From Clostridiales bacterium (GTDB lineage: Bacteria; Bacillota; Dehalobacteriia; UBA7702), in contig JAVXOZ010000011.1 of assembly GCA_036644995.1 (NCBI GenBank), positions 1 to 60,252 of the forward strand: DNA of 60,252 nucleotides, in the 5' to 3' direction. The notes under the pieces are model-generated. The model was not told where the DNA came from. It ran no database searches and saw only the letters and a list, made by a program, of their open reading frames with translations. This document shows positions 38,059 to 48,755 of this stretch, one piece after another. The position numbers and the translations under genes were made by a program. Position 1 is the stretch's first letter. Each line of letters opens with the position of its first letter.

Positions 38059-39522
38059 TTATTTTGTTTGTTCAAATATATCCGATTCCACAGGCGGCTC
38101 GGTGTTGGGCGGTTCTTCACTTATATAACCTGCCAAAACCTCAGGTGGAATTGATTCGCCTTCATCTTCATGGTGCTGTTCACGCTCCATAAACAGGGTA
38201 AAATCTTTAAGAAAGGTCATATCCACTCTACCCAAAGAACCATTACGGTGCTTGGCAATGATAATTTTTGCCAATTCTTGATCTTCCATTTCAGGATTAT
38301 AATAAACAGGGCGGTGAATAAATAGCACAATATCCGCATCCTGTTCCAAAGCACCGGATTCACGTAAATGGCTCAAATCCGGTTCCTTGGAGCTATTGGC
38401 ACTATCCCCTTTAACCGAAGCACGGTTTAACTGGGAAATTACAATCACAGGTACACTCAATTCTTTGGCAAGACCTTTAAGTTGCCGAGAAATTTCGGAA
38501 ATCTGCTGTTGCCTGTTGCTCTTATCCGTAGTGAGTGAAGCCTGCATTAAACCAATGTAATCTATAACTATAAGGTCTAAGCCCTTTTCTTTTTTAAGGC
38601 GGCGGCATTTGCCCCTAATTTCCGCAACGGTAATATCCGAGGTATCATCTAAATACATATTGGATTGGGTAAGGTCTTCCATGGCTTTGGAGAGCTTATT
38701 CATTTCAGCATCGGTTAATTTTTCAGCGTGTTTAACATGCTCCGCCTTAACCCGAGCTTTGGATATTAGCATTCTGGTAGCCAACTGCTCACTGGACATT
38801 TCCAAGCTAAAAAAAGCAACCGAGGCTTTATGGCGAGTAGCAGCACGTTCTGCCAAATTTATACAAAAGGTGGTTTTACCCATACCGGGACGAGCCGCAA
38901 TAATTATCATATCGCTTTTATGCAAGCCGTTCAAATATTTATCCAGCTCAATAAAGGTGGGCAAACCCTCCTCATTTTTGCCGATATTATCATAGGCATC
39001 TGCCACAATGGGACCAATGTGCTCCAAGGTGGAATGATTGCTGCTTTCCCCCATGGCGTAAATTTCCGCTTCGGCATTTTCTAAAATTTCTGTGGCACCT
39101 TGTTCTTCCTCTTGGGCTTTGGTAGTTAATCTATCCGCAAAAGAAATTACTTGGCGACGCAAAAATTTATCCTTAACAATTTGGGCATAGGGTAAAACAT
39201 GGGCAACACTGGGCACTGTTTCGTACAGCTCTGTAATATAGGAAATGCCACCTATGGCTTCTAAAAGACCCTGCTCACGCAATCTATTTGCCAAAAGAAA
39301 GGTATCAATGGGCACATTTTCGGCATTCATAGCGTAAAGGTTTTCACAGATTTTTTTGTGGCTATCTTTATAAAAATATTCAGGTTGAAGAACAGCAGAA
39401 ACTGCTAAAATTACATTGGGATCCAATAATATAGAGCCCAAAACTGCTCGCTCTGCAAAATCATTTTGCGGTGGGCCTAAATTTTCTGAAGGTGGTAAAC
39501 CCATACTATCATAATCCGACAT
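38059..39522 (-). CDS. dnaB: replicative DNA helicase
   Basis: PPQN..AE.AVLG, AARPGMGKT, FSLEMS, IDY, SQLNR, LRESGALEQDAD, IAKHRNG. Confidence 0.96.
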   Translation of the reverse strand: MSDYDSMGLPPSENLGPPQNDFAERAVLGSILLDPNVILAVSAVLQPEYFYKDSHKKICENLYAMNAENVPIDTFLLANRLREQGLLEAIGGISYITELYETVPSVAHVLPYAQIVKDKFLRRQVISFADRLTTKAQEEEQGATEILENAEAEIYAMGESSNHSTLEHIGPIVADAYDNIGKNEEGLPTFIELDKYLNGLHKSDMIIIAARPGMGKTTFCINLAERAATRHKASVAFFSLEMSSEQLATRMLISKARVKAEHVKHAEKLTDAEMNKLSKAMEDLTQSNMYLDDTSDITVAEIRGKCRRLKKEKGLDLIVIDYIGLMQASLTTDKSNRQQQISEISRQLKGLAKELSVPVIVISQLNRASVKGDSANSSKEPDLSHLRESGALEQDADIVLFIHRPVYYNPEMEDQELAKIIIAKHRNGSLGRVDMTFLKDFTLFMEREQHHEDEGESIPPEVLAGYISEEPPNTEPPVESDIFEQTK

Positions 39523-39757
39523 TTTCTGCCTCCTTCTCTAATTTTTATGATATCTGATATTGAATAATTATATCGCAAATGGGTGATAAAAACAATTAAT
39601 TTTTATGTTAATTACAGATAAAATGGGGTTTTACACTTAAATTATCAGCTTTAAAATAAATGTATTAAAATATAAAACACGCAAAACCACGGTCTTACTT
39701 ATTGTAAGGATGTTAAATTATTTACACTCCATCACTTTTCTGCAATCTCAATAAAAT

Positions 39758-40945
39758 TTAGCTTTTATATTCTGCGGCTAATTTTGCAAAAGCAGCCATG
39801 GAATTTTTTATTTGCTCGGTGTTAACACAATATGCTATACGCACAAAGCCGGGGCAGGCAAAATCAGCACCGGGCACCAAAAGCAACTCATATTTTTTTG
39901 CTTTTTCGCAGAAAGAGGCAGTATCTTCCTCTAATGATTGCACAAAAAGATAAAAAGCACCATCGGGTTTAACACAATAAAAGCCCAAATCTGTTAAGCC
40001 TTGATACAGTAAATCTCTATTTTTTTTGTAAATAGAAATATCCGAAGTTTGTCCCACACATTTGGCGGCTACCCGTTGAAAAAGGCTGGGTGCACACACA
40101 AAGCCCAAGGCTCTGCCGGCACCGCAAATAGCAAAATATACTTCTTTTTCAGCTTCCATCTTAGGAGATACCGCAATATAACCAATACGTTCACCGGGCA
40201 AAGAAAGCGATTTACTGAAAGAATAGCAAACCAATGTATTATCATAATATTTGGTTAAAAAAGGAACTTTTACATTATCGTACACCAATTCCCTGTATGG
40301 TTCATCGGCAATAAGATAAATGGCGTGTCCATATTTAGCAGACATTTCCTTTAAAATCTCAGTAAGAGCCAATATGGTTTTTTCGGAATATACCACACCT
40401 GAAGGGTTATTGGGTGAATTAACAATAACCGCTTTGGTTTTTTCGTTGATTGCTTTTTTAAAAGCAGCCAAATCAATTTGAAAATCCAAACCCGAAGGAG
40501 GCACCGAAACAGCTTTGCCCCCTGTATTTTCAATAAATACCTTGTATTCGGGAAAATAAGGAGCAAAAATAATCACTTCATCCCCGGGTAAGGTCACAGC
40601 CTTTAAAGATATAACCAAGGATGCCGCTGCACCCACCGTCATATACAGGCTATCAGGGGTAAAGTTTTCACCATGAGTTTTATTGAGATAATCCGCAATG
40701 GTTTTTCTCACGCTGAAATCCCCTTGAGCCGAGGTATAACCATGGATCTCTGTGGCATCTTCATTTTCTGTTAAATCAAGGATTGCTGCTTTTACAGTGT
40801 TTGGCGGTGGCACACTGGGGTTTCCTATGCTAAAATCATATATATTTTCATTGCCGATTTCAGCACCTCGTTTTTTTGCATACTCAAAAATTTCACGAAT
40901 TACCGACCTTTTACTGCCCAGTTCAAACATTTTTTCAGAAATCAT
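39758..40945 (-). CDS. class I/II PLP-dependent aminotransferase (aspartate aminotransferase-like)
   Basis: FSIGNP, NSPNNPSG, DEPY, SFSKSLSLPGERIGY. Confidence 0.92.
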   Translation of the reverse strand: MISEKMFELGSKRSVIREIFEYAKKRGAEIGNENIYDFSIGNPSVPPPNTVKAAILDLTENEDATEIHGYTSAQGDFSVRKTIADYLNKTHGENFTPDSLYMTVGAAASLVISLKAVTLPGDEVIIFAPYFPEYKVFIENTGGKAVSVPPSGLDFQIDLAAFKKAINEKTKAVIVNSPNNPSGVVYSEKTILALTEILKEMSAKYGHAIYLIADEPYRELVYDNVKVPFLTKYYDNTLVCYSFSKSLSLPGERIGYIAVSPKMEAEKEVYFAICGAGRALGFVCAPSLFQRVAAKCVGQTSDISIYKKNRDLLYQGLTDLGFYCVKPDGAFYLFVQSLEEDTASFCEKAKKYELLLVPGADFACPGFVRIAYCVNTEQIKNSMAAFAKLAAEYKS

Positions 40946-41074
40946 GATTTTAATACTCCCTTTCATACTGAAATTTCAAATTATATCCACAATTTTTATA
41001 ATCTACTATCAAAATATATCCGCAATCAAAAACAGAGCAGAACTATACATGATAATTCTGCCTGCTATTTTTTA

Positions 41075-42949
41075 CTATTTTTTTAGGTTAAAAACTTCAT
41101 CCATAGCTTCGGTTACGGTTTTTACAGGCACTATTTTGATACCTTTTATACCTTGGGGCACATCAGCTAAATTATCATATGGTAAAATTACTTTTTTTAC
41201 CCCTGCCTGTTTAGCTCCGTATATTTTTTCAGCAATGCCACCCACAGGGCACACATTACCACGCACCGAAAGCTCACCGGTGATAGCGATATTTTGAGGA
41301 ATAGGTTTTTCCCTTACCGCACTGTAAAGTGAGAGGAAAATCCCCAACCCGGCAGAAGGCCCATCAATATTACCGCCCCCCACTACATTAACGTGAGCAT
41401 CATAATTTTGCAGGTCATCTTCACCTAAAAGGCGAAAAACAGAAGCAGCGTTAAATACCGAATCTTTAGCCATAGAACCTGCGGTATCGTTAAAACGCAC
41501 CACACCTTTGCCCTGTTCTGCACAGGGAAAAGCCACAGCTTCTATTTCCAAAACCGAACCTAAAAAACCATAAACACCAAGTCCAAAAATTTTGCCTATC
41601 TCTTTGGTTTCTTGGGATTTATCCCTTTTATTCGGGGATAATCTGGCATTTTGCAAAACTTCTTCTACTTTTTTCTTTTTAATTACCAAACGCTTGGTTT
41701 TTCTATCTTTTTGCTCGTACATCAATAAACCGTAAGCATCAGAAAGAATATTCACAGCTTTTCTGCCATCAGCAGTGGAATCCGCAATGAGGTCAGCAGC
41801 GTTATCTTCTAATTTTATTTTTAATTTTTCCGCCGCATTTACTAAAATACCCTTAATATCCTTGGGACTTAAAGGCTCAAAATAAACTTCACCGCAACGG
41901 GAGCGTAATGCTGAATTCAAATCGCCGCAATCCCTGGTGGTGGCAGCAATTAAAATAAAATCTGCGGGCAAGCCTTCATCAAAAATCTTTTTAATATATT
42001 TGGGAACTTGGTCATCCAATGGATCGTAATAGGATGATTCAAATTCCACTCTTTTATCTTCTAAAACCTTGAGCAGCTTGATTAAAAGCATAGGGTCCAT
42101 TTCGCCAATTTCATCAATAAAAAGCACACCGCCATTGGCTTGAGTAACCAAACCGGGCTTTGGTTCGGGAATTCCCGTTTCTGCCAAATCACGTTTTGCA
42201 CCTTGGTAGATGGGATCGTGTACAGAGCCAAGCAGTGGGTTTGTGGTTTCTCTGGGATCCCAACGCAAAGTGGAACCATCAATTTCCACAAAGGGGGCAT
42301 CTTCTGCAAAGGGCGATGATTTTACCGCCTTTGCGGCTTCCAAAGCCAGCCTTGCTGCGGAGGTTTTGCCAACTCCCGGAGGTCCGTAAACTATTACGTG
42401 TTGAGGATAGGGAGATGCAAGCTTACCTAATAGAGCATTAACGGCTTTATCCTGCCCCACAATTTCTTCTAAAGTTTGGGGGCGTAAAATATCCATAGCC
42501 GAACGTGTCAACTTTTTTTCTTCCAAGCATTCCAATTCCGCATATTTTTTTAATGTGCCGGGATTTTCAGGACCACCCTGCTCTTTTAAAACTTGCATTT
42601 TAATTTCCCGATAATATTCTTCTTGACGTTCTTGCATTTTTTCGGCGATAATTTTATCCAATTTATCTTCCAAGCTACGCTTGGCAATAACTTCTGCCAT
42701 TTCTACCATTAAATTATCTATGCGTAAGGAAAGAGAGCCTTCACCACCGGGATATCCCGAATCGTAATAAACTATTTTTTCCAAAGCCAAAATGCGGTCT
42801 TCAATATTTTCGGAATTTATCAAATTGAGAATTTCTAGCTTGGTACTGCGAATTATCATTTGGTCTGCCCCGAAAACATCGTTTAATATACTCTCTAAAG
42901 AGCCAAGTTTTTCTCTTATTTCTTTATCTTCGTCTATCTGTTTTACCAT
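41075..42949 (-). CDS. lonC: Lon-family ATP-dependent protease LonC
   Basis: GPPGVGKT, LLGSVHDPIYQG, LFIDEIGE, IDGPSAG (Ser), GGIAEK (Lys); position after rplI. Confidence 0.92.
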   Translation of the reverse strand: MVKQIDEDKEIREKLGSLESILNDVFGADQMIIRSTKLEILNLINSENIEDRILALEKIVYYDSGYPGGEGSLSLRIDNLMVEMAEVIAKRSLEDKLDKIIAEKMQERQEEYYREIKMQVLKEQGGPENPGTLKKYAELECLEEKKLTRSAMDILRPQTLEEIVGQDKAVNALLGKLASPYPQHVIVYGPPGVGKTSAARLALEAAKAVKSSPFAEDAPFVEIDGSTLRWDPRETTNPLLGSVHDPIYQGAKRDLAETGIPEPKPGLVTQANGGVLFIDEIGEMDPMLLIKLLKVLEDKRVEFESSYYDPLDDQVPKYIKKIFDEGLPADFILIAATTRDCGDLNSALRSRCGEVYFEPLSPKDIKGILVNAAEKLKIKLEDNAADLIADSTADGRKAVNILSDAYGLLMYEQKDRKTKRLVIKKKKVEEVLQNARLSPNKRDKSQETKEIGKIFGLGVYGFLGSVLEIEAVAFPCAEQGKGVVRFNDTAGSMAKDSVFNAASVFRLLGEDDLQNYDAHVNVVGGGNIDGPSAGLGIFLSLYSAVREKPIPQNIAITGELSVRGNVCPVGGIAEKIYGAKQAGVKKVILPYDNLADVPQGIKGIKIVPVKTVTEAMDEVFNLKK

Positions 42950-43000
42950 AAATATACCTATATTTCTGAAATATAAAATAAATAAACAGCATGGGTAAAA

Positions 43001-43447
43001 TTAAATTTTTTCTACTTTTACTATCACATCTGTTTTTACTTTGGGGTGCAATTTCACTTTTACATTATAGCTACCCAAGGTTTTTATATGTTCATCCATT
43101 TCTACATTTCTTTTATCTATTTTAACTTTATAGGCAGCTTCCATAGCTTCTGCCACATCTTTATTGGTGATAGAACCAAATAAACGGTCCCCTTCACCGG
43201 TTTTGGCTTTCACTACAAATTCCTTATTTTTCAATTCTTTTGCCATTGCTTGTGCTTTAGCTAAATCATCTGCGGCTTTGGCATCTTCTTTGGTTTTATT
43301 TCTTTGCCATTGTTTCATATTAGTGGCATCAGCGGGAATAGCCAATTTTTTAGGGAGTAAAAAATTACGGGCATATCCGTCAGCAGCGTTTACCACTTCA
43401 CCTTTTTTACCATGACCATTTACGTCCTCTGTTAAAATTACTTTCAT
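43001..43447 (-). CDS. rplI: 50S ribosomal protein L9
   Basis: [25 protein letters not shown]. Confidence 0.98.
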   Translation of the reverse strand: MKVILTEDVNGHGKKGEVVNAADGYARNFLLPKKLAIPADATNMKQWQRNKTKEDAKAADDLAKAQAMAKELKNKEFVVKAKTGEGDRLFGSITNKDVAEAMEAAYKVKIDKRNVEMDEHIKTLGSYNVKVKLHPKVKTDVIVKVEKI

Positions 43448-43484
43448 AGCTTATACCTCCGTTTTAATTTATATTAACTTGTAA

Positions 43485-44504
43485 TTATTCAACTTTTTTA
43501 TTCAGTTCATTGGTTATTTTTTGCAAATGTTTTCTATAATCCAAAACCGTATCAATGGCTCCCATCAGTATAATAAAAGGCAAGCTAAAGCTCATAAACA
43601 GCACTGCTATAACCCAAATAATACCTCGTATGCCATTACTTAATTTCCACATATGGAAAAAATAAGTGATTATGGAAACTCCCGATACCATAAATATCGG
43701 CAGGTAAATATATAATATATTTTGGGCAATTAAGAAATAATTCTCACCGCCTAATTGTTTTCCCATTAAATAAGCTGCTAAAACCACAGCTATACCCCAC
43801 ATAATCCACCAGGGGAAATGCCACTCTCTAAATAAAGGTAAGGGGCGAATATCAAATTGGAATTTTTTCAATATCAAAGCTGCAAAAACATAATTTAAAG
43901 CCGCCATAGACATTGCCGCCAAAATGAAAACCCCGGGCAACAAACGACGAAACATATCAATAACTTCTGCAATATATTCATTGGAGCTTACACCCGCAGG
44001 CAACACTTGTGCCAATAAGCCCATTTCATCATAGGTTGCAAATATTTCACGGAAAGAATCTTCCGCAGATTGTATAAGTGAATTTATTGGAATATTACCA
44101 ATAAACATAGAAGCAGTTAGGGTTATAACAGTAACCAAACCTGCTACTATTGTACCAATAAACAATGTTTTGCCCGGTGATATTTTCTTTTTAAAGCATA
44201 TACCATAGGCAATACCAAAAACACCAACTGTAATGCCGGAAACCACACCCATAACTGGCCCGGTAAACAAAACAGAAAGCATAAACACCACAACAGAAGT
44301 TAAAATTCCGGCTCCTACCCCACGGCGCAAAACCACAATAATAACCGGCACAGACCAAACTAATGCCGCAAGAAATCCCAATAAGGGGATATAGGTAGAT
44401 ACCAGCACCAGCACAACGCCTAATGCTGCAAATATACCGCAATCTGCCAAGGTATATACAGAACCCTGTTTAATTTCATTAATATTCAAAAAAATCACAT
44501 CCAA
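43485..44504 (-). CDS. yybS: YybS/DUF2232 membrane protein
   Basis: multi-TM protein, PLFREWHFPW, G..D..LDYR; canonical position after rpsR; start uncertain. Confidence 0.85.
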   Translation of the reverse strand: MDVIFLNINEIKQGSVYTLADCGIFAALGVVLVLVSTYIPLLGFLAALVWSVPVIIVVLRRGVGAGILTSVVVFMLSVLFTGPVMGVVSGITVGVFGIAYGICFKKKISPGKTLFIGTIVAGLVTVITLTASMFIGNIPINSLIQSAEDSFREIFATYDEMGLLAQVLPAGVSSNEYIAEVIDMFRRLLPGVFILAAMSMAALNYVFAALILKKFQFDIRPLPLFREWHFPWWIMWGIAVVLAAYLMGKQLGGENYFLIAQNILYIYLPIFMVSGVSIITYFFHMWKLSNGIRGIIWVIAVLFMSFSLPFIILMGAIDTVLDYRKHLQKITNELNKKVE

Positions 44505-44514
44505 TATGACAGAT

Positions 44515-44538
44515 AAGCCCCGATTTTCATCGGGGCTT
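44515..44538 (-). terminator. hairpin/terminator after rpsR
   Basis: AAGCCCCGAT / ATCGGGGCTT. Confidence 0.6.
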
Positions 44539-44554
44539 TCGCTTACAAAACCTA

Positions 44555-44800
44555 TTACTCTGTGGTATAGGGCAGCAAGGCAATTTGTCTTGCTCTTTTA
44601 ATAGCAAGAGTCAAAGCTCTTTGATGCTTTGCGCAGTTGCCGGAAATTCTTCTGGGCAAAATCTTACCCCGTTCACTAACATATTTTTTCAAACGATTAA
44701 GATCTTTATAATCAATATTATCTACTTTATCAACGCAGAAAGCGCAGACTTTTCTTCTTACTCTACGACCGCCACGAGGACGAGACATTCTCTCAGACAT
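44555..44800 (-). CDS. rpsR: 30S ribosomal protein S18 (Zn-binding C+ type)
   Basis: [33 protein letters not shown]. Confidence 0.98.
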   Translation of the reverse strand: MSERMSRPRGGRRVRRKVCAFCVDKVDNIDYKDLNRLKKYVSERGKILPRRISGNCAKHQRALTLAIKRARQIALLPYTTE

Positions 44801-44815
44801 GGTAATTCTCCTTTC

Positions 44816-45220
44816 TTAAAAGGGTACATCATCATCCAAAGGTGACATTTCCACCTCGGGTGCATCAGGACTATACCCACTTTCACTGTTGGAACTGCCA
44901 TCTTTGGGAGATAAGAAACGAACATTTTCAGCAACCACTTCAGAAGCAGTGCGTTTAGAACCATCTTTAGCTTCATAGGTTCTAATTTGCAGCCTGCCGT
45001 CAACTGCTGCAATTTTACCTTTGGACAAATAACGCCCGCAGGTTTCTGCTAATTGACGCCATACAACAACGGGAATAAAATCAGTTTCTCGTTCACCGCT
45101 GGCACTTTTAAAGGTTCTATCCACAGCCAAAGTAAAAGTGGCAACAGGTGTGCCGTTGGCAGTGGAGCGTAATTCCGGATCTCTGGTCAAGCGACCTATA
45201 ATAACAATTCTGTTCAGCAT
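44816..45220 (-). CDS. ssb: single-stranded DNA-binding protein
   Basis: MLNRIVIIGRLTRDPELR...DDDVPF. Confidence 0.98.
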   Translation of the reverse strand: MLNRIVIIGRLTRDPELRSTANGTPVATFTLAVDRTFKSASGERETDFIPVVVWRQLAETCGRYLSKGKIAAVDGRLQIRTYEAKDGSKRTASEVVAENVRFLSPKDGSSNSESGYSPDAPEVEMSPLDDDVPF

Positions 45221-45240
45221 ACTATTAACACCTGATTTCT

Positions 45241-45528
45241 TTATTCACCTTCCCGGACTACCAGGAATCTGATAACTTCGTCAGAAATTTTGAAATTTCT
45301 TTCGAGTTCTTTAGGAAGTTCTGTACCTGCTGCAAAATAGCAGAGCACATAATAACCTTCCCGCAATTTTTTTACCTCATAGGCCAAACGTCTTTTTCCC
45401 CAATGATCTACTTTGGTAACTTCACCGCCATTGGCTGTGATAATACCGGAGAATTTTTCAACGTTGGCATTGATTTGTTCTTCATCCAGATCCGGACGAA
45501 GAATATACATGGCTTCGTAATTGCGCAT
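45241..45528 (-). CDS. rpsF: 30S ribosomal protein S6
   Basis: MRNYE.MYILRP, WGKRRLAYE, EGYY. Confidence 0.98.
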   Translation of the reverse strand: MRNYEAMYILRPDLDEEQINANVEKFSGIITANGGEVTKVDHWGKRRLAYEVKKLREGYYVLCYFAAGTELPKELERNFKISDEVIRFLVVREGE

Positions 45529-45535
45529 TCTAAAA

Positions 45536-45594
45536 CACCTCCTCCCTTTGGACTAACGGCCCCTAATCTTCTGAAGATTTCCCCGGGGCAGGGA
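45536..45594 (-). ncRNA. S6:S18 ribosomal protein leader (autogenous control element)
   Basis: minus strand CCCTGCCCC...GGGGCCGTTAGTCCAAAGGGAGG directly before the rpsF RBS, resembling the Firmicutes S6:S18 motif. Confidence 0.75.
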
Positions 45595-45604
45595 TAACTA
45601 TGAT

Positions 45605-45633
45605 ATTATAACATAAATCAACCTATTATGCAA
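45605..45633 (-). promoter_or_regulatory. sigma-A promoter of rpsF operon
   Basis: TTGCAT - 17 bp - TATAAT. Confidence 0.8.
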
Positions 45634-45839
45634 TGTGTTTTCCGAAAAAAACAATAAGTTTTTATATGTTTTACCCTAATATTTACTTCATCTCAGCCAA
45701 TATCTGCTTATAGCTAAGTTCATAGCCATTTTATCTTAAACTATAAAAATGAGTTTAATCTTTTTACTCATTTTCCTTAAATATATTTAGTAAAATTAAC
45801 TACACGCTTTATTTACTGATTTACATTGCCAAGCCGGTT

Positions 45840-46037
45840 TTATATAGCTGCCCCATTTCCGGAAACCACAGCTTTTAAACGGCGCTCCACCTCAGAGCGA
45901 GAAAGCATAACAATATGTTTGCAGGTTTCGCATTCCAAGCGAAAATCTGCACCTACCCGTAATATTTTCCAGGTAAAACCACCACAGGGGTGTGGCTTTT
46001 TTAAACGAATAACATCACCAACCTGTAAATCTTTCAT
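45840..46037 (-). CDS. DUF951 (YyzM-like) protein
   Basis: VGDVIRLKKPHPCG..W..LRVGADFRLECETC. Confidence 0.93.
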   Translation of the reverse strand: MKDLQVGDVIRLKKPHPCGGFTWKILRVGADFRLECETCKHIVMLSRSEVERRLKAVVSGNGAAI

Positions 46038-46891
46038 TTAACCTCCCCCTTTATCTCATCCTGGGGTCTTTCTTGAACAATTTCACATACAGGGAAAGGA
46101 ATTTTAATCCCTGCCTTATCCAAAGCCATTTTTACAGTTTTTCTTAAACCACGTTCCACGTCCCATTGTTTCATGGGCAAAGTATAACAAATAAGCCGCA
46201 TAGTAATGGAACTTTCCATTAAAGCCTGAACCCCCACTACCATAGGAGGCTCAACTATATCCTCTTGGTGGGCTGCATAATAAATTGCCGCAGATTCCTT
46301 CATAATAGTTTCCGCAAGGTCTATATCGCTATCATAAGAAATATTTTGGTCTATAACCACACGCATATTATCACGGCAATAATTGGCTACATCCACAATG
46401 GAGCCATTGGGAATAATGTAAAGCTCCCCGTCAAACCCCTTAATTTTAGTTACCCGCATCCCAACTTCTTCCACAATACCTAAATGTTTATTGATGGAAA
46501 CATATTCCCCAACACTATATTGGTCTTCTAAAATAATGAAAAAACCCGTAAAAATATCTTTAACCAAGGCTTGGGCACCAAAGCTCACAGCCAGCCCCAC
46601 AACGCCTGCAGCGGCTAAAATAGAAGCTACATTAATCCCTAATTGACCTAAAATAATAATGATAACAATAAAGGCTACCACGTATTTTATTACACTGTTT
46701 ATTAGGTGATTAAGGGTGAGCCTGCGAGGGGTGTTTTGCCCTAATTGAGAAAGACGATTATTAAAAGTTTTATCTACTAAATGGCAAGCGAACCTTTTAA
46801 TAATCAGCCCAAAAATCAAGGTAAGCACAATACTTATAATTTGGGATAAAGCCGGTATACCCTCTATGACTCCAATAAAATCTGACCACAT
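46034..46891 (-). CDS. MscS-family small-conductance mechanosensitive channel
   Basis: AGVVGLAVSFGAQ.LVKD..GFFIILEDQ..VGEYV, IPNG. Confidence 0.93.
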   Translation of the reverse strand: MWSDFIGVIEGIPALSQIISIVLTLIFGLIIKRFACHLVDKTFNNRLSQLGQNTPRRLTLNHLINSVIKYVVAFIVIIIILGQLGINVASILAAAGVVGLAVSFGAQALVKDIFTGFFIILEDQYSVGEYVSINKHLGIVEEVGMRVTKIKGFDGELYIIPNGSIVDVANYCRDNMRVVIDQNISYDSDIDLAETIMKESAAIYYAAHQEDIVEPPMVVGVQALMESSITMRLICYTLPMKQWDVERGLRKTVKMALDKAGIKIPFPVCEIVQERPQDEIKGEVK

Positions 46892-46893
46892 AT

Positions 46894-47553
46894 TTATTCC
46901 ATCCTTTTTATTATATCTTGTAACCCTGCACCTAATATTCCACCTTTAGCCGCAGCTACCTTCATTTGTGGCAAGTATTCTTTGGCGGGAATTTCAGATA
47001 AGCCCACCGCCGCCTTCATTACTATTTTCCAATTTTCATGGGATAAATAGGAAGCCAATAATTCTTTGGCTTTTGTGGTGGGATATTTGGCTAAAATACG
47101 TAAAGCTGTGCTCAAATCATCTTCATCCAAAGCGTTTATTTTTTCAGAAACTATGTGGATTACTTCATTCTCTCGGCCTTTACCTGTGATACTAAGGAGC
47201 ATTAAACCATTTTTTATGGGTAAATCCTCCACCTTATTAAACAGCAAAGAGGCACTCTCCTGAGGATATTGATGAAAAATCTCACCCAAAGCCCAAGGAG
47301 TTGCATAAATTTTACCCATTGCCATATCTTTAACCTGAGCCTCAATATTTTCCCATCCGTTTTTTGTATATTCCGCCAAAACCCCTTGGGCTTCCAAGGG
47401 ATTCATTCTCCCGGAGCAAGCTTCAAGAATGCGTTTATCCATGGTTTTTTTAGATGTGGTTTTTACCTCATCTTCAAGGATTATTTCCTGCCATTCCTGA
47501 GCAGAATTTTCCGCTTTTTCATCTTTGCCCCATATTTTTTTCCAAAAAGCCAT
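46894..47553 (-). CDS. HEAT-repeat-like hypothetical protein
   Basis: LLASYLSHENWKIVMKAAVGLSEI helical repeat; in operon. Confidence 0.7.
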   Translation of the reverse strand: MAFWKKIWGKDEKAENSAQEWQEIILEDEVKTTSKKTMDKRILEACSGRMNPLEAQGVLAEYTKNGWENIEAQVKDMAMGKIYATPWALGEIFHQYPQESASLLFNKVEDLPIKNGLMLLSITGKGRENEVIHIVSEKINALDEDDLSTALRILAKYPTTKAKELLASYLSHENWKIVMKAAVGLSEIPAKEYLPQMKVAAAKGGILGAGLQDIIKRME

Positions 47554-47561
47554 GGTTTACC

Positions 47562-48017
47562 TCACAGTGTAACAACCTTATCCACGCCGTGGAGTACAAC
47601 AAGAATTTCAGCCATTGAAGAAATTACCCCCACTTTAATATTGGCTCTTACTTCATAAAAATCTGCACTTTCTGCGGATGTTAAAACAGAAACTCCCTCA
47701 TTTGCCAATTCCTTAAGATATTCTATAATCGGTGAATCTTCCTGAGCCAATAAAGCCCCGCTGTTCATAAACACCACATAATTGGGGTGCATATGCTTAT
47801 CCACCATGGCGGCAAATGTTTTTTTTGCCAAATCTGCACCTAAGTTTTTATCACCCTTACCAATGGTTTCCTCCATGAGCAAATAGCAAATAGATTTTTT
47901 TTCGCCACCTATATCCAAGGAAAGAGAGGCATACTCCTCGGGGTACAAGGGAGTATCAAAATTTGCATTTTCATCTTCCAAAACAGGTTGTGTCCAAGGT
48001 TTATCCGCAATAGTCAT
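47562..48017 (-). CDS. DsrE/YedF-like domain protein (Cys pair absent)
   Basis: IGKGD..LG..L, P..VVFMNSG..L, L.ELA..GV.V, KVG.ISSM.EI...L...DKVVTL. Confidence 0.75.
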   Translation of the reverse strand: MTIADKPWTQPVLEDENANFDTPLYPEEYASLSLDIGGEKKSICYLLMEETIGKGDKNLGADLAKKTFAAMVDKHMHPNYVVFMNSGALLAQEDSPIIEYLKELANEGVSVLTSAESADFYEVRANIKVGVISSMAEILVVLHGVDKVVTL

Positions 48018-48041
48018 AGTAAATCCCCTTTCTTATTTAGG

Positions 48042-48740
48042 TTAATTATTTTTACGTCCATAAGGACAAACAGCAACACATCTTCCGCAAATTCTCTTGC
48101 CAAAAGTTTGTCTTACTTCACTTAAATAATCATCACATTTATGAAAATCAAACCGCTCTGAAATATCGTCTTTTGGGGAAAAAGCTTTTCCCAATATGGC
48201 ATTACTTGGGCAAATATCTTGACATTTTGTACACTCACCACAGCGGTTTTCCACAGGGGTATCCCCTTCTAAATAAGGGGTAATCAAAACCGTACCCAAG
48301 CGTAATCTGGGCCCAACTTTTTCATTAATTAAAGAGCAACTTTTGCCTATCCAGCCTAATCCCGCCATTTCTGCGGCTTGACGGTGGCTGAAAATACTGC
48401 CCTCTTTAGCTTCACCGCTCCGTTGCGAGGCAGGAATTGGGTAAGCATCGTACCCTGCCTTCAGTAAATAATTATTAAGACGCAAAGCTATTTGATTTAT
48501 CAAGGCATTTGCAATATCGTAATATGCCAAATAAGTGTGGCTTGGGTGTTCTAAAACCTCATCTACCACAGGGTTTGGCAAAAACACCCCAAAGGAAACA
48601 GCAGTGGGATATTTAGTAAATTCCTCGCCATATACTTGGGCTATCTCATCACCGCAAGTGGTTAAATCCGCAATGCCGCACAAATCCGCTCCCCACTCCA
48701 AAGCCTTGGTTTTCAATTCTTCTTTTAAATTTTCAGACAC
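48042..48740 (-). CDS. QueG-like (epoxyqueuosine reductase-related) 4Fe-4S double-cluster protein
   Basis: GADLCGIA, FSHRQAA..AGLGWIGKS, GPRLRL, CGECTKCQDICP, CGRCVAVCP. Confidence 0.88.
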   Translation of the reverse strand: MSENLKEELKTKALEWGADLCGIADLTTCGDEIAQVYGEEFTKYPTAVSFGVFLPNPVVDEVLEHPSHTYLAYYDIANALINQIALRLNNYLLKAGYDAYPIPASQRSGEAKEGSIFSHRQAAEMAGLGWIGKSCSLINEKVGPRLRLGTVLITPYLEGDTPVENRCGECTKCQDICPSNAILGKAFSPKDDISERFDFHKCDDYLSEVRQTFGKRICGRCVAVCPYGRKNN

Positions 48741-48755
48741 ATCTTCACCAATTTT

